From contig CALXUW010000086.1 in the NCBI GenBank assembly GCA_944391795.1, positions 1-40,984 of the forward strand: a stretch of DNA of 40,984 nucleotides. The letters are read 5' to 3'. A program made the translations under genes and the position numbers. Under the pieces are notes generated by a model. It was not told where the DNA came from. It worked only from the letters and a program-made list of their open reading frames with translations, and did no database searches. This DNA comes from an uncultured Clostridia bacterium (lineage in GTDB: Bacteria > Bacillota > Clostridia > TANB77 > CAG-508). Position 1 is the stretch's first letter; each line of letters starts with the position of its first letter. Shown here piece after piece: positions 22,950 through 34,901 of the stretch.

Positions 22950-23297
22950 TTAAATTAAACTATTTAATTCTTTTTTTATGTTTTCTAATACGTTTGCAAC
23001 TTGTTTATCAGAATAATCTTCTTGTATTTTTGTTAGTTCTGATAAAACTTTTTGTATTTTCTTTTCTTGGTTTAACGTCCTTTTCATAAAGTTTAACTTT
23101 TCTTCGTATTCGAAAAGTTTATTTTCCCCCTTTTTTAAAATGTCTCTTACGGCTTGTCTTGTAATATTATTGTTTTGAGCTATTTCTGAAAGTGACAAGT
23201 CATTATTATAGTAGTCATTTATTATTTGGTATTGCTTTTTTGTTAGCAATTCTCCATATAACTCACATAAAATGCTTAGTTTTACGTTTTTTTCCAT
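22950..23297 (-). CDS. ylxM: YlxM family SRP-associated protein
   Basis: YGELLTKKQ, DLSLSEIA, ITRQAV; directly upstream of ffh. Confidence 0.93.
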   Translation of the reverse strand: MEKNVKLSILCELYGELLTKKQYQIINDYYNNDLSLSEIAQNNNITRQAVRDILKKGENKLFEYEEKLNFMKRTLNQEKKIQKVLSELTKIQEDYSDKQVANVLENIKKELNSLI

Positions 23298-23538
23298 GTG
23301 ACTACCTCTTTTCTTTTTGTAATGCTAATATACTTTACACTATTTTTGTTGATTTGTCAAGTACTTTTTATATTTTATATAGAATTTTAGGCTATTTTTT
23401 CGTTTTTCTTTTATTTTTTTAATGTTTTAGAGAATTTAAAATATTAAAAAAATAAATTTGTATTTAAAATAATTAAGAAGAAAGGGAGAAATTTTTAATA
23501 AAAACTCCTCCCTTTTTTTGGCTATTTACTTGTGCTCG

Positions 23539-23940
23539 TTACTCCGCTCCATGAATAACGAAAATTTTGTTTTTTAACTCTCCGTACATTCTGAGGATTT
23601 GAAGAACTTGAGGATTTCTTCTATAAACTCTCCAATATGTTCTTCCCACTGGTACTTTCGTATTCCTTAGTATGACCCTTCTAATAAACTGGGTCATATC
23701 TTGGTTATATACGTTTTCTGGTAAGTTCGATTCTGGGTATATGTTTTGTTTTACCCATTTTAACAATACGTCGTTTCCCTCTTCTATGTCCCTGTTAATT
23801 TGATGTGTATCAGGGATATCCTCTAAAATTTCTGGATTTTCCAGAATTCTCGTAAGAATTAGGGCGGTATTTTCAAAATTGCCCTTTTTTGCTTCCTCTA
23901 CCGAAATTTCTACCAAGTCTTTTGCCAAAATGTTGCTCAT
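23539..23940 (-). CDS. Orphan hypothetical protein, somewhat higher GC
   Basis: 133 aa ORF with AAAGGAG RBS and downstream hairpin. Confidence 0.7.
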   Translation of the reverse strand: MSNILAKDLVEISVEEAKKGNFENTALILTRILENPEILEDIPDTHQINRDIEEGNDVLLKWVKQNIYPESNLPENVYNQDMTQFIRRVILRNTKVPVGRTYWRVYRRNPQVLQILRMYGELKNKIFVIHGAE

Positions 23941-24059
23941 TTTTGATTTCTCCTTTGGTACTTGCTTGCTAGTTAGCTAAGCAATTTTTTTAATTTTAGT
24001 AACTTCCAAGATATAATGTTACTATAGAATTTATATTATGTCAAGTATTATTGACAGTA

Positions 24060-26463
24060 TTATTTTCTTAAAACTGCTTTTAGGTCTTTTTCTAATTCAT
24101 TTATTATACTATCCATTACTTTGTTTATTTCTTCATCATCTAATGTTTTATTTTTATCTCTAAATGTTAGTGCATAAGCAACACTTTTTTTATTTTCGCC
24201 TAATTTTTCATTTCTGTATATGTCAAATAGTTTTATATTTTCAAGAATCTTTTTGGCTTTTTTTACAATAATTTTTTCTATTTTTCCAACTTCTACTTCT
24301 TCTCCTACTATTATTGCTATATCTCTTTCTACTGCTGGGAATTTTGGAACTTCTACATATTTTTTATTTTCTCTTGAATATTTTACAAGTTTTGTTACAT
24401 TTACTTCCGCTAAATATGCTCTTTTTTCTATTTTGTAGTTATATAGTAACTCTGGGTGTACTTCTCCTAATGTTGCAATAGTATCTATTCCCACTTTTAG
24501 GTTTGCACATCTTCCTGGGTGATATGAAGTATTTTTTGTTTCTTTTTCTATTTCATATTTATTTACACTTACCGCTTCTAAAACATTTTCTATTAAGCCC
24601 TTTAATGTATAAAAGTCTACATCATCACCATACATACCAATTGTTAAAATCTCTTCTTGCAAAGGAACTTCTCCTTTTTCTATTTCTTGATTTATATTTT
24701 TATAGTTTCTTGATAAATCAAATAATTTAACATTTTGATTTTTTTTGTTTGCGTTTGTAGCTAGTGTTTGCATCATACTTGGTATTGTAGTTGGTCTCAT
24801 TAATTTATATTCATCACTTAATGGATTTTGGATTGTAATTGCATATTTTACTAAGTCTTCGCTTATTTTTGATTCTTCTAAATCCTTTTTGCTTACAAAT
24901 CCATATGTGTAAATTTCTGATAGGCCATTATTTACTAAAACTTCTTCTATTTTCTTTTTTATTTTTTGTTCTTTATTTCTAATTCCTAGTGTTGTTTTAG
25001 CTTTTACTAAAGTTGTTTCTAATTTGTCATATCCGGTAAATTCTAACTATTTCTTCTGCTATATCTGCTAAATATTCTAAATCCATTCTAAAATATGGTG
25101 CTATTGCAATATCATTTTCTACTTTTATTTGTAGCTTTTCTAATATTTCTATCATTTCTTCTTTAGATAGATTTATTCCTAATAAACTATTTATTTTGTT
25201 TTCATCTATTTTTATTTTGTTTATTTTTTGTTTTGTTGGGTATACGTCTATTTTTCCATCTATTGCTTTTCCTGCTTTTATTAATTCTACTAATTCTACT
25301 GCTCTATTTATTGCTCTTAAAGCATTTTCTGGAGATAAGCCTTTTTCAAACCTTGATGAACTTTCTGTTCTTAAAGCTACTTTTTTAGCTGTTTTTCTTA
25401 CACTTCCTCCATTGAATACTGCTGATTCAAATACTACTGTTTTTGTTGTTTCTTCTATTTCTGAATTTAGTCCACCCATTACACCTGCTATTGCAACTGC
25501 TTTTTTATCATCTGCTATTACTAGGTTATCTTCATCTAGTGTTCTTTCTACTTCGTCTAGTGTTGTTATTTTTTCTTGTTTTCTTGCACGTCTTACAGTT
25601 ATGTGTTTTCCTTCTATTGAATTTATGTCAAATGCATGCATTGGTTGACCCATTTCTAACATTACATAGTTTGTTATATCAACAATATTGTTTATACTTC
25701 TTACTCCACATGCTTTTAATCTTCTTTTCATCCAGTCTGGTGATTCTTCTATTTTTACATCTTTTACTACTCTTGCTATATATCTGTAACATAAATCTGG
25801 TGCTTCTATTGAAACTTTTAAACCTTCTATTTCTTCTTTATTTTCGATTTTTAGTTCATCTATATTTTTTCTTGGGTTTTTAAATTCTTTATTTAGTGTT
25901 ATAGCCACTTCTCTTCCTAATCCTTCTATTGATAGGCAGTCTGGTCTATTTGGTGTTATTTCAAAGTCTATTACATCTTCTTTTAGGTTTAAAACTTCTA
26001 CTATGTCTTTTCCCAAATCTTTTTCTAGTTTTTTATCTAATATCATTATTCCATGTTCTATTTGTTCTGGGTAGTCTGATAAATTTAAATTTAGTTCTCC
26101 AACAGAGCACATCATACCACATGACTCTATACCTCTTAATTTTCCTGTTTTTATTTTTACTCCATTTGGCAAACTTGCTCCATCTTTTGCTATTGGTACT
26201 ATATCTCCTACTTTTATATTATTTGCTCCTGTTACTATTTGTAAAATTTCATTTGCTACATCTACTTTTGTTACTACTAGTTTATCTGCGTCAGGATGTT
26301 TTTTTATTTCTAAAATTTTTCCTACAACTACATTTTTTATGTCGTTTCCTCTTTGCTCTACTGTTTCTACTTTAGAGCCTGTCATAGTTAGTTTATCTGC
26401 TAGCTCTAGAGTAGTTACATCTATATTACTAAATTCTTCTAACCATTCTCTACTTGCTTTCAT
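24060..26463 (-). CDS. pheT: Phenylalanine--tRNA ligase beta subunit (~800 aa); one +1 shift at CGG 25033-25035
   Basis: HPDADKL, TPNRPDCLS, RFEKG, HPGRCA, FDX-ACB C-terminus; join ATT TAC C-GGA TAT GAC (RIY-G-YD). Confidence 0.95.
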
Positions 26464-26492
26464 TTACTTTTCTTCCCTTCTTATGTTATATT

Positions 26493-26774
26493 TTATAATT
26501 CTAAATCATATGGTGTTCTAACACCTTGATAGTTACTTCCATTAATACCAATATTTGAAGCTGATGTTTCAATTTTAATTCCTTGATAAAATGCTTTTCT
26601 TCTTTCTTGATAATTACTCATTTCTTTTCTATCTACTTCGTCAGAGACAAGTTGATATTTTCCATTTGGATTTTGTTTTACTACATATCCTGGATATTCA
26701 CCTACTAAATTTATTGCTTTTTTTAATGTGTAATATCTATTGGTATTTGGCTTTCTATTTTTAAAAAACCCCAT
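26493..26774 (-). CDS. Hypothetical protein between pheS and pheT
   Basis: 93 aa ORF with AGGGG RBS. Confidence 0.65.
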   Translation of the reverse strand: MGFFKNRKPNTNRYYTLKKAINLVGEYPGYVVKQNPNGKYQLVSDEVDRKEMSNYQERRKAFYQGIKIETSASNIGINGSNYQGVRTPYDLEL

Positions 26775-26857
26775 TTTTTAAGTTTTCCCCCTTTTTTATT
26801 TAATTTAAAATCTTTAAATTAAAATTTCAAAAAAAATATTTTTTAAGTTTTTAAGTT

Positions 26858-27877
26858 TTAAAATTGTTTTAAAAATCTAATATCATTTTCAAATAATAGT
26901 CTCATATCATCTATTCCGAATTTTGCCATTGCTATTCTTTCAACTCCGAATCCAAAAGCAAATCCTGAATATTCGTCTGGGTCAATGTTACAGTTCTTAA
27001 GTACGTTTGGATGTACCATTCCACATCCTAAAAGTTCTATCCATCCTTCGCCTTTACATACTTTGCATCCTTTTCCTCCACATACAAAGCATGAAACATC
27101 TGCTTCTGCTGAAGGTTCTGTAAATGGGAAATGATGTGGTCTAAATCTTATTTTTGTGTTTTCGCCTAGGCATTTTTTTGCAAACATTTCTAATGTTCCT
27201 TTTAAATCTGTCATTGAAATATTTTTATCTACTACTAAACCTTCTACTTGGTGAAATACTGGTGAATGTGTACTATCTACACTGTCAGAACGGTAAACAG
27301 CTCCTGGACATATTACTTTTATTGGTGGTTTTTGAGTTTCCATTACTCTTGCTTGAACTGGTGATGTTTGACTTCTTAATAAAATATCATCAGTTATATA
27401 AAAAGTATCTTGTAAGTCTCTTGCTGGGTGATCTGGTGGTGTATTTAATTTGTCAAAATTGTATATTGCTTTTTCTACTTCTGGTCCATCTGCTATTTGG
27501 TAACCCATTCCTAAGAATATTTCTTCTACTTCATTTATTATTTTTGTTATTGGATGTAGTGAACCTAAATGAATTTTTTTGCTTGGCTCTGTTACATCTA
27601 TATTTTCTGTTTGTAACCTTTTTGATAATTCTTGCTTTTTAAATTCTTGTGCCTTATTTTCTATTAAAGCTTCTAATTCATCTCTTATTTTGTTTACCAA
27701 AGCTCCTATTACTGGTCTTTCTTCGCTATTTAAAGCTCCCATACCTCTTAGAACTTTTGTTAATTCTCCTTTTTTTCCTAAGTATTTTACTTTTAATTCA
27801 TTTAGTTCTTTTTCATCATTACATTGTGACATTTCTTTTATAGAGTTTTCTTTGATTTTTGCTATTTGTTCCTCCAT
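26858..27877 (-). CDS. pheS: Phenylalanine--tRNA ligase alpha subunit
   Basis: HPARDLQDTFY, HSPVFHQVEG, FPFTEPSAE, GFAFGFGVER. Confidence 0.98.
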   Translation of the reverse strand: MEEQIAKIKENSIKEMSQCNDEKELNELKVKYLGKKGELTKVLRGMGALNSEERPVIGALVNKIRDELEALIENKAQEFKKQELSKRLQTENIDVTEPSKKIHLGSLHPITKIINEVEEIFLGMGYQIADGPEVEKAIYNFDKLNTPPDHPARDLQDTFYITDDILLRSQTSPVQARVMETQKPPIKVICPGAVYRSDSVDSTHSPVFHQVEGLVVDKNISMTDLKGTLEMFAKKCLGENTKIRFRPHHFPFTEPSAEADVSCFVCGGKGCKVCKGEGWIELLGCGMVHPNVLKNCNIDPDEYSGFAFGFGVERIAMAKFGIDDMRLLFENDIRFLKQF

Positions 27878-27948
27878 TTTTTTATCCTTTCTTCTATTTT
27901 TAAATAGATTTGTTTATTTTTTAGGTTTTTACCTATTTTTTAACATGC

Positions 27949-28308
27949 TTAATATGGATGGTATATTCCTGTTTGTTTGTATTTACCATATGTACATCCA
28001 CTATATTTTTCTAGTCTGCTTTTTACTTTATCTTTTTTATGGTTTACTTCTACCTTTTTTAGGGTAGTTTTTGATGTTTTTAAGTTTTCATCATAAGGTA
28101 GTAATTTGTTTTTTAGTTTGGTAAAGTATGTATTTTTATTTTCAAATTTAAATGTAACAATATATACTCCGAAATTGTTTAGAGTAATTGTTGTTTCTAC
28201 ATTTTTATTTGGAAATTCGTTTTTTATGTTTTCTATGTTTTTTTTAATTTCTTCATATGTATATGATTTTGAATCTAGATAATATTCTAGTAACTTTTCA
28301 GATTTCAT
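27949..28308 (-). CDS. Hypothetical protein between T-box and pheS
   Basis: 119 aa ORF with AAGGA RBS. Confidence 0.6.
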   Translation of the reverse strand: MKSEKLLEYYLDSKSYTYEEIKKNIENIKNEFPNKNVETTITLNNFGVYIVTFKFENKNTYFTKLKNKLLPYDENLKTSKTTLKKVEVNHKKDKVKSRLEKYSGCTYGKYKQTGIYHPY

Positions 28309-28367
28309 TTTTACACATCCTTCATTAAATTTTATTTAAAATTTAATCTTATGTATTTTGATATCAT

Positions 28368-28625
28368 CAAAAAAACCATTTCCTTCCTACACTTTTCTAG
28401 GACGAAATGGTTATCATTCGTGGTACCACCTAAATTTATTAGTTTTTTACTAATCTCATTAATGTTTTTAACGGTTTCTTACCGCTTTTCTCTACTTTTG
28501 TTTTCAAGAAAAGACCTAAAAAGTGAAATTTCTATATATTCATATTAAATGGCTTTCAGCCTATGACCATTTTCTCTTGTTTAAATATGTTTTTAATATA
28601 TATACTTTGCTTTTTAATTGGTTTT
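28368..28625 (-). promoter_or_regulatory. T-box riboswitch, Phe specifier
   Basis: AGAGA...GGCTGAAA stem I motifs, TTC specifier (28525-27), T-box AATTTAGGTGGTACCACG, terminator AACCATTTC...GAAATGGTTTTTTT. Confidence 0.9.
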
Positions 28626-28702
28626 TTTATATTCAATACTTTTTTATTTTATCATATATTTTTATTATTTTCAATAGTTTTGGCAAAAAATATTTATATA
28701 TT

Positions 28703-28990
28703 AAGCTGTCTAAAATGGTTATAATTCGTAGTTAGAATAGACTGCCATTTGGGGATGTTATTTATATAAAATTTATTCCATTCCTCGGCTCAATACGTAA
28801 ATAAAGCCCTTCTAAATATAAAATAAACGAGCCTCTCGCTACAAATTTTTTCGCGCTTCCTCATTTATTTTACATTAAGAAGGGCTATTATTTACTCCAA
28901 TCGCACTCGTCATTACATAAATTTTATATAAATAACATCCCCAAATGGCAGTCTATTCTAACTACGAATTATAACCATTTTAGACAGCTT
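28703..28990. repeat. 288-bp palindromic element with 74-bp perfect terminal inverted repeats
   Basis: 28703-28776 is the reverse complement of 28917-28990; interior also partly self-complementary. Confidence 0.9.
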
Positions 28991-29146
28991 TTTTGTAAAT
29001 TGTACTGAAACTTCAACCTTAAATTACTGAAAGTTTGAGAGTTCTTTAATTTATTTGTTTTTAATTTTATTTTTTTTTATTTTTTTGTTGTAATTTTTCT
29101 ACATTGTGTTAAAATATATTAAAGTAAAAAAAGGAGGCAGACAAAT

Positions 29147-30496
29147 ATGAATATGAAAAAGAAAATTTTTATAATACTTTTTTTAGTATTAATTTTATTT
29201 GCAAACATGTCTTTTGCTTCATATGCTACTGTAAAAATGGAAGTAGTTGAAGAACCTGTTTGCACAATTGATTTAGGGGAAAATTCAAAATTTGAGAAAA
29301 AATTAATCTCAAAAGACTTAAGTAATAAAGAAGTTACTTTACAGTTAGAAGTTACAAATAATGAAGGAACTTTAAAACCTACTGGAGAAATTATGTTAGT
29401 AATTGATAATTCTGATAGTATGAATACTGAAGTATCTTCAGATGTTACTAGAAAGGATTTGGTTTTTGAATCTGCTAAAACTTTGGTTACAAATCTTCTA
29501 AAAGATAATTCTAATTTAAAAGTAGGAATTGTAAGCTTTTCTTCTAATTTAGATGTTTCAAAAGAGGGAACTATTGAAGATGCAAGTGTTGTATCTACTT
29601 TAAGTAATGATGTTACTTTATTAGAAAATGCTATTTCTAGCATAGAGCCAACTGGTTCAAGAACAGACTTAGATGCAGGGTTAGAACTTGCAACTAATCA
29701 ATTTACTAGTACTGATAATAACAAATATATGATTGTTTTAACAGATGGTGTACCTAATATAGCTGTTGATTATGATAAAAAATATTATTCAGATGATGTA
29801 ATTGCAAAAACAAAAGAACAGTTACAAGCAACTCAAACAAATGGTATAAATTTAATTACTATGCTAACAGGAATTGAAGATGAATCTTATGTACCAAATG
29901 GAGTAACTAAAAATTTTGGACAAATAATTAGAGAAACTTTCGGAACTCCAAGTAATCCAACTGCTGGTAAATTCTATTATATACAAGATGATAAAATAGA
30001 AGAAACTATAACTAACGATATTTACAATGATTTACTTCCAATTTCTAAGACTTTAAAAGATATAACTATAATTGATTATTTTCCAAAAGAAATAATTGAT
30101 AATTTTGAATTTGCATATGTTTCTTCAGCAAATATTGGTAATATCTCAGCAAGTGTTGATAAAACTAATAATTCAATTACTTGGACAATTCCAGAATTAG
30201 AAGTTGGTAAAACAGCTACTGTTCAATATAAATTAAAACTTAAAGAAGATTTTGATAGTAGTATAGTTAATAAAATTTTAGATACTAACGAAAAGGTTGA
30301 TATAACTTATAAAGACTTTGAGGATAATGAAGATTCAAAAACTTCTGATGTTACACCTAAATTAAAACTTACTGAGCCACCTGCAAAATTACCTGCTGCT
30401 GGTAAAACTATGTTTATTGGATTAGCAATTGGGGCTGGAATTTTACTTATATATTCTTTAGTAAAATTAAAATTGTTTAATAATATGACAAAGTAA
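29147..30496 (+). CDS. Secreted von Willebrand factor A domain protein with sortase-like C-terminal anchor
   Basis: Signal peptide, MIDAS DNSDS, VLTDG, LPAAG followed by TM helix and basic tail. Confidence 0.85.
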   Translation: MNMKKKIFIILFLVLILFANMSFASYATVKMEVVEEPVCTIDLGENSKFEKKLISKDLSNKEVTLQLEVTNNEGTLKPTGEIMLVIDNSDSMNTEVSSDVTRKDLVFESAKTLVTNLLKDNSNLKVGIVSFSSNLDVSKEGTIEDASVVSTLSNDVTLLENAISSIEPTGSRTDLDAGLELATNQFTSTDNNKYMIVLTDGVPNIAVDYDKKYYSDDVIAKTKEQLQATQTNGINLITMLTGIEDESYVPNGVTKNFGQIIRETFGTPSNPTAGKFYYIQDDKIEETITNDIYNDLLPISKTLKDITIIDYFPKEIIDNFEFAYVSSANIGNISASVDKTNNSITWTIPELEVGKTATVQYKLKLKEDFDSSIVNKILDTNEKVDITYKDFEDNEDSKTSDVTPKLKLTEPPAKLPAAGKTMFIGLAIGAGILLIYSLVKLKLFNNMTK

Positions 30497-30520
30497 AATA
30501 TTAAATAAGAAAAAATATAT

Positions 30521-30568
30521 AAAACTAAAAGGTTGTTTTAATTAAAATAAACAGCCTTTTAGTTTTTT
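30521..30568 (+). terminator. Rho-independent terminator
   Basis: AAAACTAAAAGGTTGTTT...AAACAGCCTTTTAGTTTT. Confidence 0.7.
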
Positions 30569-30763
30569 ATTGTATAAGAAGTTTAAAATTTATACTCATT
30601 CTATGATATGCTTAAATTTTCCTAATATATTCAATGTACTAAAAACTAAAAAAATTATTATACCAAGATTTTTTATTTATACAAGCTTTATAATTATGCT
30701 TTTTTATTTTAGACAAATTTCGACTAAAATCTTTAACTTTTAAAATTTTGACATAATGATTAC

Positions 30764-32151
<1,388 letters not shown>

Positions 32152-32155
32152 GTTT

Positions 32156-33787
32156 CTAACTTGCTTTTTTATTTCTTAATTCATTTGCGTATTTTATGCT
32201 TATTTCATTTACTTCTCCTGCTGATATTCTTGCAATTTCTTTTATTACTTCATCTTCTTTTAGGAGTTTTATTTGAGTTTTTGTTCTATCATTATTTACA
32301 TTTTTGCTTATAAAATAATTGTAATCTGCCATTGCTGCTATATTTGGTAAATGTGATATACGCATAACTTGATGTTTTGTAGCTATGCTTTTTAGTTTTT
32401 TTGCAACTGAATTAGCTGCTTTTCCACTTATTCCTGTGTCTATTTCATCAAATACTAATATTGGCATTTGGTCTGTGTCTGCTAACACTTTTTTTATTGC
32501 TAGCATTGTTCTTGACATTTCTCCACCTGATGCTATTTTGGATAATTCTTTTTCATCTTCTCCTTTATTTGTAGTTATAAAAAATTGGACTTTATCTTTT
32601 CCTGTTTTAAGATATTCATTTTCTAGAAATTCTACTTTTACATTTATTTTGGCATTTTTCATTTCTAGCTCTTCTAGCTCTTTATTTATTTTTTCGCTTA
32701 ATTCTTTTGCTTTTTTTGTTCTTATTTCATTTAAAAAATTTGCTAACATGTTCATTTCTTTTTCTAATTTTTTTTGTTTGTCTTTTAATTTATTGTTATA
32801 TTCTTCTAAATTTTCAATATGGTTAATTTCTTTTTCTATTTCTTCTTTATATTTTAAGATTTCTTCTATTGTATTTCCATATTTTCTTTTTAGTGAATAT
32901 ATTAAGTTTAGTCTTTCTTCTATATAGTCTCTTTCTTCTTCATCAAAAGTTATTTCTTCTTTATATTTATTTATATCTCTTGCTAATTCTTGTAATTCGT
33001 AATAATTACTTTTTAATTGGTTTGATATTTTTTCATATTTACTGTCAATCATTTCTATTTTTTCTAGAGCTCTTATTGCCATACTTATACTATCTATACC
33101 ATTTTCTGAAATTAGTTCATCTGCTTCTTGTAAATTTCCTACTATTTTTTCTGAATTCATAATTATTTTTCTTTTTTCTTCTAATGCTTTTTCCTCATCT
33201 ATTTTTAATTTTGCTTCTTTTATTTCATTTAATTGATAACTTAATAAATCTAATTTCCTTTGTTTTTCTTTTTCATCTCCATAATTTTCTTTTAGTTCTT
33301 GTCTTATTTTAATATACTCTTGATATAATTCTTTATATTTTAGTTTATTTTCTTTTATTTCTTCTCCTATAAAACCATCTAAATATTCAAGGTGTAATTT
33401 AGAATCAAGTAAATTTTGATTGTCATTTTGGCCATGAACTTCTATAAAATTAGTCATAAATTCTTTTAATTCATTTACAGTTACCATCCTTCCGTTTATT
33501 TTGCACATATTCTTACCATTTAAATTAATTTCTCTTGAAACTATTATATTGCCATCTATGGCACTTTCATTCTTTGGATCATACATGCATAATTCTACAA
33601 ATGAATTTGTTTCGCCTTTTCTTATCATCTCTTTTGAGAATCTACCACCAGATATAATTTGTAGTGAATCTATTATTAGAGTTTTACCAGCACCTGTTTC
33701 TCCTGTTAAGACATTTAGTCCATTATTAAAATCTATATTTAAATCCTCGATTATTCCTATATTTTTTATATGTAATGTTTCTATCAT
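32156..33787 (-). CDS. recN: DNA repair protein RecN
   Basis: TGETGAGKT, ASGGEMSR, FDEIDTGISG, coiled coil. Confidence 0.96.
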   Translation of the reverse strand: MIETLHIKNIGIIEDLNIDFNNGLNVLTGETGAGKTLIIDSLQIISGGRFSKEMIRKGETNSFVELCMYDPKNESAIDGNIIVSREINLNGKNMCKINGRMVTVNELKEFMTNFIEVHGQNDNQNLLDSKLHLEYLDGFIGEEIKENKLKYKELYQEYIKIRQELKENYGDEKEKQRKLDLLSYQLNEIKEAKLKIDEEKALEEKRKIIMNSEKIVGNLQEADELISENGIDSISMAIRALEKIEMIDSKYEKISNQLKSNYYELQELARDINKYKEEITFDEEERDYIEERLNLIYSLKRKYGNTIEEILKYKEEIEKEINHIENLEEYNNKLKDKQKKLEKEMNMLANFLNEIRTKKAKELSEKINKELEELEMKNAKINVKVEFLENEYLKTGKDKVQFFITTNKGEDEKELSKIASGGEMSRTMLAIKKVLADTDQMPILVFDEIDTGISGKAANSVAKKLKSIATKHQVMRISHLPNIAAMADYNYFISKNVNNDRTKTQIKLLKEDEVIKEIARISAGEVNEISIKYANELRNKKAS

Positions 33788-33877
33788 ATTTTATCATTTC
33801 CTTTCAAAAAAATGTTCGCTTTTATTCTATATTATTCCAAAGTTTTTGTCAATACTTTTTCGAACATTTTTTTGTTA

Positions 33878-33930
33878 TGTCCAATCTGGGACGTTTCCCA
33901 ATTGGACATTTTGTCCAATTGGGGACACAT
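33878..33930. repeat. REP-like palindromic element, second copy
   Basis: Shares TCTGGGACGTTTCCCAATTGGACA with 13917-13940. Confidence 0.8.
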
Positions 33931-34204
33931 CTTGACATCTTGATTTGAAATAAATTAGATATGATATATAAGTAGATTGTAAGCTAAAGACTATAAAACA
34001 TAAATGGATTTATATCAATGGTTTACTTTAAATATTATTTTTACACAAAACCTTAAGCAGTTAAATAGTGGAGTTTCTATTTTATTTAACTAAAATATTG
34101 GCGCGTCAAAAGGTATACATTTTTAATAATAAAATTTATTAGAAAATTTAATATTTTCTATACTTATTTGATTTTTAAATTATGGTACTGTAAAATTACT
34201 ATTA

Positions 34205-34267
34205 TGTCAATATTCTCCGTCCCCATTGACAACATTGGCAACATTGGCAACATTGGCAACATTGGCA
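34205..34267. repeat. REP-like motif plus (ACATTGGCA)x4 tandem repeat
   Basis: TGTCAATATTCTCCGTCCCCATTGACA followed by four exact 9-mers. Confidence 0.8.
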
Positions 34268-34425
34268 CTTTTACAATATTGGGAACATTGAAAATACTGA
34301 GAATACTGAGAATACGGAAAAACATGAAAAAGCCTTGCAATAAAATTAACATAAAAGTATTTCTTTTTTGGAATATTTATGATATAATAGTAATAGTTGT
34401 AATATATAAAGAAGGAGGAATTTTA

Positions 34426-34857
34426 ATGTGGCAAATATGGCTAATAATTGCTGGAGTTTGTTTAATAGGTGAAATTTTGACAGCTGGATTTTTAGTTTTT
34501 TGGCTTGCAATTGGAGCTCTTTTGGCTATGATTGTTAGTTTATTTACAAGTAATTTGATTATTCAGACATCTGTTTTTGTTATTTCATCTGCTATTCTTA
34601 TTTTTGCAACTAAACCTTTTATAAAAAAATTTGCTAAAACAGGAAAAAATGTTAAAACAAATGCTTATTCAATAATTGGTCAAACTGGAATTGTTATTAA
34701 AGATATTGATTCTATTAATTCAAAAGGTCAAGTCAAAATAGATGGTGAAGTTTGGTCTGCTGTTGGTAAAGATGATGTTGATATTGAAAAAGGTACTCAA
34801 ATAAAAGTACTTGAAATAAAGGGTGTTAAAGCTATTGTTTCACCTGTAAAAGATTAG
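34426..34857 (+). CDS. NfeD family membrane protein
   Basis: AAGGAGG RBS before MWQIW; TM helices plus OB fold GQVKIDGEVWSA; upstream of SPFH gene. Confidence 0.9.
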   Translation: MWQIWLIIAGVCLIGEILTAGFLVFWLAIGALLAMIVSLFTSNLIIQTSVFVISSAILIFATKPFIKKFAKTGKNVKTNAYSIIGQTGIVIKDIDSINSKGQVKIDGEVWSAVGKDDVDIEKGTQIKVLEIKGVKAIVSPVKD

Positions 34858-34901
34858 TAAGAAAGTTACTAATAATTAAAGGAATAAAGGAGGAATTTTT
34901 T

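Noticed and set aside
34232-34267. CRISPR array
   Set aside because: Units are 9 bp with no spacers, and no cas genes are present.
34168-34425. N-terminal extension of the NfeD ORF with NIG repeats
   Set aside because: It is a translation of the ACATTGGCA DNA repeat; the real start with RBS is at 34426.
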